Positions 52,296-59,526 of a stretch of 64,000 nt of DNA are shown here, in pieces. The DNA comes from Psammoneis japonica. Lineage: Eukaryota. The stretch lies in assembly GCA_008632985.1 (NCBI GenBank), contig QPGO01000261.1, positions 1 to 64,000 of the forward strand, read 5' to 3'. The notes below the pieces were generated by a model that saw only the letters and a list, made by a program, of their open reading frames with translations, was not told the DNA's origin and searched no databases. The translations under genes were made by a program, and so were the position numbers. Position 1 is the first letter of the stretch, and each line of letters opens with the position of its first letter.

Positions 52296-53168
52296 ATGGC
52301 ATGCAAAAGAAACACAACGACCTCCCCGGCTGCGAAAGCCAAAGTCGCCGAAACCAAACAGAAGAAGGCAAAGACGAAGTTTTCTGATGCTCTGTTGAAG
52401 AAACTAAGTCCGCCCCGCAAGACCAACGGCTTGACCGACGACGACCTTAAACCGGAAGACTGCCTTGCCAAGCACGGGTTCAAGCTTTCCAAATCTGCCG
52501 GTTCTGATGATGGCAGCCATTCCGACAAGGACGCCCTCCTGCGCTGCGCCACCATCACTGTCGGCCGCAAGAAAGGCGTCGTTTTTCGTCTCCAAGCCAA
52601 GAATCCCATTTTGGCCAATGTTTGGTCAGAGAAGGTTCTGTTTGACAACCTTCGCAGCAGGACTCCGTGGGCGGTTCAAGTCGGATTCCACCCTTGCACT
52701 GGCAGGTGGGTTCACGAAGGCGAGTTGCAGACGAACGCCAAGAACTGCGCCGTGCGTCTCTTCTTCATCTTCCTCGAAGAAGTCCCAACTGATGCTAAAG
52801 TGCAAGGCCTCGGGAAGTGCATTGCGAAGCAGCTCAACGATGACCCTGAGAACAACACCGAGGTCTTCGTTGAAGACGACTTCTTCTGGATGAAGGATGC
52901 TGTTTGGTCCGAAGTGATCGGCAACGAGGCGGCGCTTGCCAAGCTTCAGAAGGAAGGTGGTCAGTTTCACATCGGTTGGTGCGCCCAAAACAAGAACTCA
53001 CTTCACAGTTGCTTCTACGAGGGGTCATTGCCTGTGGAACTCTGTCGTCTCATTGGAGCTCCTGCAGAAGAAGCTGGAGAAGAGGCCGACGATGATGTCG
53101 AGCTCAACTGTGAAGTTGACCTGAACGTCAATGACGACTTGGTGCTTCAGGACAGCGACGAAGACTGA
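52296..53168 (+). CDS. Helitron cargo protein of unknown function (basic N-terminus, acidic tail), hypermutated
   Basis: 290-codon open frame with clear codon bias and protein-like composition, followed by a T-tract. Confidence 0.6.
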   Translation: MACKRNTTTSPAAKAKVAETKQKKAKTKFSDALLKKLSPPRKTNGLTDDDLKPEDCLAKHGFKLSKSAGSDDGSHSDKDALLRCATITVGRKKGVVFRLQAKNPILANVWSEKVLFDNLRSRTPWAVQVGFHPCTGRWVHEGELQTNAKNCAVRLFFIFLEEVPTDAKVQGLGKCIAKQLNDDPENNTEVFVEDDFFWMKDAVWSEVIGNEAALAKLQKEGGQFHIGWCAQNKNSLHSCFYEGSLPVELCRLIGAPAEEAGEEADDDVELNCEVDLNVNDDLVLQDSDED

Positions 53169-53253
53169 GTTTTTTTTTTTTGCCGGTGCAGTGTAAATTT
53201 GTAAATGTTTGGCAAACTAAGTGTCGATTGCAACTCAGCTTTCCTCTGTCTCT

Positions 53254-54240
53254 TCAAGCACGCACCATCTCCGATGACAACTTGTTGTTGCCGCGAAGCA
53301 ATGGCGAATTGAGCAGAGCAACTAGCGTGTGACGTCTGGTGCAGTGACAGCAAAAAAACAGCTCAGTTGAGTTCTTGAGCAAAATTGGCCATTTTGCGAC
53401 GGGTGAACACTTCCGTTCCAAGTGTGTCGGAGTGGGATGTTGCATGTGCTGGCTGGTTGACTGAGAAGTCTCCTCTTTCTTGGTGCACTTGTGGAAGACG
53501 AGATGTTTCACATCTCCGCTGTGCCACAAAAAGTCGCCATCATGGCAATCCGCCGTGAAGGACTCGCACATCCACTCTCCCGCGTACGACGCGAACAGCG
53601 GATCTAGCGCCACCACCACGGTCCCAGCACGACACAACTTTGAAAGCATTGCCTCTGCCTTCTGCTGTGTGTTCTTGTCGTCGACCATGCGGGAGTTGCA
53701 GTTGTTGAAGAACACCTTGAGTCCTTTCTTTTTCCACAAAGGAGCCAGCCTCTTGTCCAAGAATGACTTGTGGATCAACTCCAACCCGCCGTTCGAGCGA
53801 AGGCCAGCACAATGAGCCCAATGCACAGCCTCTTGGTGACGATCGTGGTCGGCCTCGATGCTCACCATGGTGCAACGGTGACGAAGTGACTTGAGCCCGA
53901 TGCTGGGTCCGGCAACTCCCCCGCCCATGTCGACAGATGCATCGCAGGTGTGATTCACGCCAAGAAGGCATTGGTTCAAAAACACTTCGCTGCTCAAAGC
54001 GAAGCCAACTTCGCCACCGTGCGAAGATCCGCTTCCGTCTCCGGAGACATGCCTGCTCTGGAACGCGGAGTCCGGAGCCGTTTGAAGATGAAACTCCCCA
54101 ACACTTCTGCAACGATGGTTCATCGCACCCAACCTTGTGGCAACATCAACCTTGCTTGCAGCGGGTTCGACCAGACGTCGCATTTCCAAACCAAACTGTG
54201 ACGTGCGCAGAATGCGTAAAATTGCCGTCGTGCCCTCCAT
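53254..54240 (-). CDS. DOT1-like class I SAM-dependent methyltransferase (Helitron cargo, hypermutated)
   Basis: Ordered motifs SSHGGEV (YGE-like), DASVDMGGGVA (motif I), SIEADHDRH, LIHKSFL, VFFNNC (NN motif), GTVVVALDPL. Confidence 0.65.
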   Translation of the reverse strand: MEGTTAILRILRTSQFGLEMRRLVEPAASKVDVATRLGAMNHRCRSVGEFHLQTAPDSAFQSRHVSGDGSGSSHGGEVGFALSSEVFLNQCLLGVNHTCDASVDMGGGVAGPSIGLKSLRHRCTMVSIEADHDRHQEAVHWAHCAGLRSNGGLELIHKSFLDKRLAPLWKKKGLKVFFNNCNSRMVDDKNTQQKAEAMLSKLCRAGTVVVALDPLFASYAGEWMCESFTADCHDGDFLWHSGDVKHLVFHKCTKKEETSQSTSQHMQHPTPTHLERKCSPVAKWPILLKNSTELFFCCHCTRRHTLVALLNSPLLRGNNKLSSEMVRA

Positions 54241-54663
54241 GCGCGCAAAATTTTCAAACGCGGCGTGCTGCCTCTACCTGCGCATGGAGCAACGTACAAA
54301 GTCATTTTAAACAGATGTGCAGACGCGTTGAAATGATGAGACGCCTTCAGGCGATAAAATTTGTTTTGAATCTCGGCCTGCTTCTCATCGTCACCGTACT
54401 TGCACATCCATGTAATTCAAACGCACGAGCTGGCACGGCACGTAACGCATTTCTACGCGAGAACTCGTGCTGAGATTGCCGTGGGATGATCCTCCCTCCG
54501 CGGAGACAAAAACAACGCGACAACACTTCCGTCATTGCATTTTGAAACACATTTCAAATTGAGACACACCATGTCACAACTGCCTCGTGCCTCGCTGCGT
54601 CGTCCTGCCAACGACAAGCACTTGTCGTGATCGAGTTACAGCCGGTCTCGACAGTGTGGGGGT

Positions 54664-56004
54664 TTGGGACGTGCAGCTTGCAGCCCGACAACAAGCAAAT
54701 GCTTCTCGCGATTGGGTTTCGACCCCACTCCCCTGGAGTCCGCCGGTCCCTGTCAACAGAGTTTTGCTTTGGGTGCTCTTGAGGCAACGGAAAGCAGACA
54801 CATCTCTCGATTAGGTTTTGACCCCACTCCCCTAGAGTCTGCCGGTCCCTGTCGACAGAGTTCTGCTTTGGGCACTGTTGAGACAACAGTGACAGTGTCA
54901 AGCAGCGGAACATTTGCCGGCAAGTTTGCACACACGTTCTCTGCAAACACCGCATCGTCAATGCGCACCAGGATGTACGAGAACATGTTGAGGGCTCAAC
55001 CGCCACTTCGTAAGGCCCACCGCAGCTGCAGGCGAATCTGCAGCCACGCCAGCAGGAAAACATCCAAGATCACTCGCCTTGCTCCACTCGCACCGTGCGC
55101 CACTAAGAGTCTCTCCACACACTGCGCAGCCAACCGCACTCCAGTTTACAACGGCAACTGCACTCAGCCTGCACCACCTTGTCTTGCTGACATTGACTTT
55201 GCCGAATTGGCTCCTCTGGTCGTCTGTGACCCTGTGCTTGATCTGAAGCCTTTCTTTGGCTTGGACGGTTGCCGCTGCGACAACACCTGCACCCTGCTGC
55301 TGCGTTCTGCTGTGGTGTTCAGCTCCCCCAACCCAGCAGAGCCAGTTGCTCAGCACCAAGCGCTCGAAGCACTAGAATGCTGCACCGCCCAGTCCACCGT
55401 GCGCGGCAAACAATGCGTCACCTTCATGGAGACGGACAGGAGCAAGCATTCCACGATTGGCCTGGCTGCCACGAGAGATGCTCGAATTTCTTGCAAGCAG
55501 CCTGGCATGGCCGACCAACACACTCACCACCTCACCAGACTTCTTTCACGCATGGAGCACCTTGTCAATGAGCGCGTGGACTGTGCCATCCTCAAGGGTG
55601 TCGCTCGTGTCAAAAAGTTTCACAACTGGAAATCCCTGGTGCGGTCAGATGGCATTTTCTCCTCTCTGGCGGCTGGGTGCAATGTCTTCCTCAACGCCCA
55701 TCGGGACCAGGACTTCTTCCTGTCAGCAGTCACCGTGGTGGGAGTCCCTCCATCCGGCAGCCACACCATGAATGACGGGATTGTGGCGCACTTCTGCTTC
55801 CCTGCCGAAGGCATCTCCGTTGCACTCTGGCTTGGTGATGTCATCATTTTTAACCCCACCAAGTGCCACTGCATCTCCAGCAGGACAAACTCAAACGACG
55901 AGTTCTTCTGCATGTCTCTCTGCCTGAAGAGTGCTGCAGTGGGCAAGAACAACAATTCAATCCCCCTTTCTCTAGAGGAAGAGACCATTCTCAGGCGACT
56001 GTGA
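54664..56004 (+). CDS. TET/JBP-like Fe(II) dioxygenase (Helitron cargo, hypermutated; true start uncertain)
   Basis: NVFLNAHRDQDF (HxD), HFCFPAEGISVAL.LGDVIIFNPTKCHCIS (distal His), CMSLCLK (R-x-S-x-Y position). A ~100-bp tandem duplication lies at 54703-54890. Confidence 0.65.
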   Translation: MGRAACSPTTSKCFSRLGFDPTPLESAGPCQQSFALGALEATESRHISRLGFDPTPLESAGPCRQSSALGTVETTVTVSSSGTFAGKFAHTFSANTASSMRTRMYENMLRAQPPLRKAHRSCRRICSHASRKTSKITRLAPLAPCATKSLSTHCAANRTPVYNGNCTQPAPPCLADIDFAELAPLVVCDPVLDLKPFFGLDGCRCDNTCTLLLRSAVVFSSPNPAEPVAQHQALEALECCTAQSTVRGKQCVTFMETDRSKHSTIGLAATRDARISCKQPGMADQHTHHLTRLLSRMEHLVNERVDCAILKGVARVKKFHNWKSLVRSDGIFSSLAAGCNVFLNAHRDQDFFLSAVTVVGVPPSGSHTMNDGIVAHFCFPAEGISVALWLGDVIIFNPTKCHCISSRTNSNDEFFCMSLCLKSAAVGKNNNSIPLSLEEETILRRL

Positions 56005-56226
56005 CAGTGCAAAATAACTTGCTAAATTTGCGTAAATTTGCTGACTTTCTGCACTCAGGCGACTGTGCAGCTACCCACCAATTTGCTAGATTTGCGCAAA
56101 TTTGCCGACTTTCTGTTCTTCCTCGTTCCCATTTTTCGAACCACAACTGGGGCTGCGCCTTTCCAACTGATGCAACAGTTTCGCTGAAAAACACCAACAC
56201 ACTGTGCTGCTAATTTGCAGAGCACA

Positions 56227-57789
56227 CTACACGGCAGAGCTTCTCCCCCCCGACTTGGGGAGTAGACGCGATTTCTTCTTCCGATTCATGGCACCCGACG
56301 TCGCCTTCCTCTTCTTCTTCTTCTTCTCTGATTCATCCAAGTTGCATCTGGAGAGAAATTCCTCCCCGGGCATGATTCGCTTCGTGACTGCCAAGCACCC
56401 ATCGTTGTAGAACTCGCAGTTGTTGTCCATGTGTTGGCTTGCCTTGATCTTCTTCTTGTCCTTGAACAACTTGGTGGCATCGTTCACGCAGTGCATTCCG
56501 AGGTAGAGTGGATGGGAATTCTTGTTCCCTGGACCGCTAAAATCAAGCGGTTTTGGCTCCACTGTGACGTGGCAGCCCTCGCTGTCACGGATGGTGGAGC
56601 AGCACACGCTGTGGTCTTCTCCAAACTTGCTGTCGTGGTCGCACCACGAGCAGCTCCTTGTTGCACCGGGCACCCTGGGGCCCACGTAGATTCCAACCGT
56701 GCTGCCTTTCTGGAACTGGCGCAAAGCAAAAAAACCAATGCCTGCGCCCCTCCGTTGCGACACGCGCAGCTCGCCCACCTCCACCTCCTTGGGGCCTGCA
56801 GAGCGAACGGACTTTTTGAGGCAAAACAACGCAGGTTGAAGTGACACAGCGCCTCATCCAAATGTGCACACTTCTGCACTGTCTCTCTTCATGAGGCAGA
56901 CCAGTGCGAGCAACCACCCCGCTTCGAAAGCCTCGACGGCGGTCTTGAACACTTTGTTGCTCTTCGGCGTCGAGTCTGGGATGCCCCTCTCGCCGACTTC
57001 CATGCGGCACCTCCACACCCACTTGCAGCGTTCGCCGTGAGCATTCGCAACGGCTTTAGGGTCTCTCCTGATGCACCCCAGTTCTCCCAGCGCGGGGAAC
57101 CAGAGGTCGGGATCATTCGGCGCATCCTTCATCAGGCACATGGACTCCTGGAAATTATCGGATTTTTCATGCCGCAACACCCAGCCCCACAAGTCGAGTG
57201 ACGGCTCGTTGGGGTCCGGAAATTGCTTTCCTTCTTCTTCCTCTTCTGCCGTTGCTTTCGCGACCACTTTGGCCGCGGGCTTGGCTGCCTCCTCACTTTT
57301 GCCGCTGCAAAAAGGTGGGACCTCCGGTTTCACAAAGGTGGCCTGATCACCCACCAACTCGATCTTGCAACCGGCCTTGAGGAGCTGCTCGGTGGTGCAA
57401 CCCAGCTGCTGTGCTTCATTCCAACCACAAATTTGAAAGGTTGGCTCCGGCGGCACGGCTTTCTCCCTCTTTTCAGTTTGGGACTGCGCTGGCTTCTCTG
57501 ACATCCTTGCGCATTCGGACTCAATGGACACACCCTCGGCACTTCCCTCGGCGCCAAGTGCAGTCATGGCAGCTGCCGCCATGTCTTCGGTGCCCGTGAG
57601 TTCTGCCATGACTTCCGGAGCTGCCACATCCTCTGCTTTGCCAGACGCAACGATGTTGTCCTCCACCATTCTAGCGCCGTAATGACAGAGCTGCACTGAC
57701 TGCTGTGTGGTGTGCTGCTTTGTTCCAGCCGTTGGCGATCCACATCCTTCTGCGCACACAAACGTGTGACACTTTGCACCAAATTCCAT
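56227..57789 (-). pseudogene. SET-domain lysine methyltransferase-like protein (Helitron cargo) with one in-frame TGA
   Basis: VSQRRGAGIGFFALRQFQKGSTVGIYVG, MHCVND, NNCEF, TKRIMPGEEFLSRCN. ORFs 57789-56854 and 56847-56227 are in the same frame. Confidence 0.8.
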
Positions 57790-58437
57790 GTGCCTGACGC
57801 ATCAGGATGCAGTGCGTCTGCACCTGTCTACATCCGTCTTCACTGCTGCACGCACTGCGGTGCTGCAGCGCACCCTTTCAAACCTTCATTGATGTTCATT
57901 TTTTCCTTCCTTTTCCTTTTCTCTTCTTCTTCCATCTGGCTGGGAGGAACTGCTGGACAGCCGGTGTCATTTTACACTGCTGCTTGGCGCCACTTGGCAC
58001 AACAAAATGATCAGCCTCCAGCGCGAACCTCGTTTTGCCGAGTGTTTCACGTCCCAAGGCTGAGGGCTTGTGGGAGGAGCAGGTTGGGAGTGTGTCATCT
58101 GTCTCGATGCAGCAAGTTAGGCATGCTGGACATTCAGTTGCGCAAGGACAATGACGTTGGGCATGGCCAGATTACAATAAAGTGACAAGGACCAAACTGG
58201 CAGAGAAGTGTGGAATCGTTCTCTTCTTTTTAATTTGTGGCAAATGCAAACAGTCAGTTGTGTTTGCAAGTTCGTCGAAAGGTTCTTCAAAGCAGGACCC
58301 ACAGCATTTTTTCTCATCTTAGCGACTTTCTTAAAGCTCTGGCGTTGCAAGGAGCTCCTCAAAGGCTAATCCTTCATCATGCCTGAACAACAGTACAAAG
58401 TTCTGTTGGCTCGTATACAAGAGCGATTTAGTGTTAA

Positions 58438-58834
58438 GGGTGGTCGGTTGCTACTTTTTTTAGCTCGAATTCGGCCGAATAGCTCGTGTTTTGCATGATT
58501 TTTCCTGAATTTCACCGTGCTTCACCGTGGTGAAAACAACAAGCCATAAGTCTGTGACGGAGGTGGTCCGTCTACCAACTCTCATTTTTTATTTTATGTT
58601 TGTTATGTATCAAAGATTGTATATACATGAAAAGTTGGTAGACGGCAAACTACGTTTTTGAGAAACATCGATGATTGTCATCATCGTCGTGCTTCGATCG
58701 CGGTGCTGATGGTTCTCGTTTTCGTGCGCGATCGGGTGTGACTATGAACAATTCTTGTATTCAAAAATAAAGACTATAAAAAACCTTATTCAAATGCAAC
58801 GGTAATTTTAGGATAAACGCGGGGATGACCCCCC
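58438..58834. mobile_element. Possible non-autonomous Kolobok-like DNA element (397 bp)
   Basis: TTAA at 58434-58437 and 58835-58838; ends GGGTGGTC / GACCCCCC (7/8 inverted match); internal IR CCGTCTACCAACT / AGTTGGTAGACGG. Confidence 0.45.
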
Positions 58835-59239
58835 TTAATCGGACAACTAGAAAAAAGAAAAAAGAGGAGTCGTATTTACGATGTGTGCATATAGAAAAAA
58901 GATACGTCAGATATTGCCTCTACAAGTTGAAAGTAGGAACGTTGAAAGGTGTCAGATGCTTTCATTAGGGCCTTCTCTCTTCACCGTCTAGTGTTGAGTA
59001 AAGCTCAAAACCTAGCTCTAGAGAGGAACAGGTGTCGATTGGTCGATCCATTATTTCAGAGCCACCCTGCAACGGCGTTGTAACAGGCTAGCCACTTCTT
59101 AGCACTGCCTGCTTTCCACCGTTGTGAACTCGAACAAAGCTTTCCACGCTCGAGTCAATACCTGGAATCTCTTGCTTGCCCCGTTCTCTTCGACGTACTG
59201 TACTGCAGTAGTTTGTCGTGCAGTACAGTGCATCCCAAT

Positions 59240-59520
59240 CTGATAGTTCTGGCCACAGTATCTCCACCAAATAATATGACGGGTCGTCTGAGACTTGCAC
59301 CAATTGATCTCCTTTACAGCTCTGGTGCAAATTTATTATCGACTTGTAGTATTTTCCAAAGATATGGCAGAACAGCAAATTTCCTGGCTCCGACGCATCA
59401 TAAAGGTATTAAGCTCCACAACACCGTAATCACACTCTCGCAAACAAGAGGACAGCAAAACCAAAGCATTCGAAGAGCTTTGTGTAACTTTCATTTTCAC
59501 CAGCTCTGGTGCTATCATTA
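59240..59520 (-). pseudogene. Degenerate second TIR half-domain downstream of ROCO copy 3
   Basis: NALVLLSSCLRECDYGVVELNTFMMRR and DDPSYYLVEILWPEL mirror the C-terminal half of the TIR. Confidence 0.7.
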
Positions 59521-59526
59521 TCACTA

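Larger units (their letters stand above)
43945..57969 (-). mobile_element. ~14-kb Helitron (Helitron2/Helentron-like ends) with chromatin-enzyme cargo
   Basis: Interrupts the LTR at its TTTT. Left terminal hairpin GTTCCTCCT-CTTTT-AGGTGGAAC (43946-43968); inverted GGAGGAAC at 57943-57950, ~20 bp from the right end; encodes Rep-helicase. Confidence 0.85.
39138..57999 (+). mobile_element. Ty3/gypsy LTR retrotransposon with its 3' LTR split by a Helitron
   Basis: 5' LTR at 39138-39407 (TGCCGAGTG...CACTTGGCA); PPT GGGGAAGCGAG at 43713-43723; 3' LTR at 43724-43944 plus 57970-57999; TSD CAACA at 39133-39137 and 58000-58004. Confidence 0.9.

Noticed and set aside
58036..58202. Solo LTR starting TGCCGAGTGT and ending TGGCA
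   Set aside because: It shares only the first 10 bp with the gypsy LTR and has no TSD; suggestive but unsupported.
5700..58300. Many short Cys/His-rich ORFs as metal-binding proteins, or a Tyr codon reassignment
   Set aside because: They are by-products of TA loss, which gives fewer stops and more TGY/CAY. Intact genes in the same window use Tyr normally, and the change also affects non-coding DNA.
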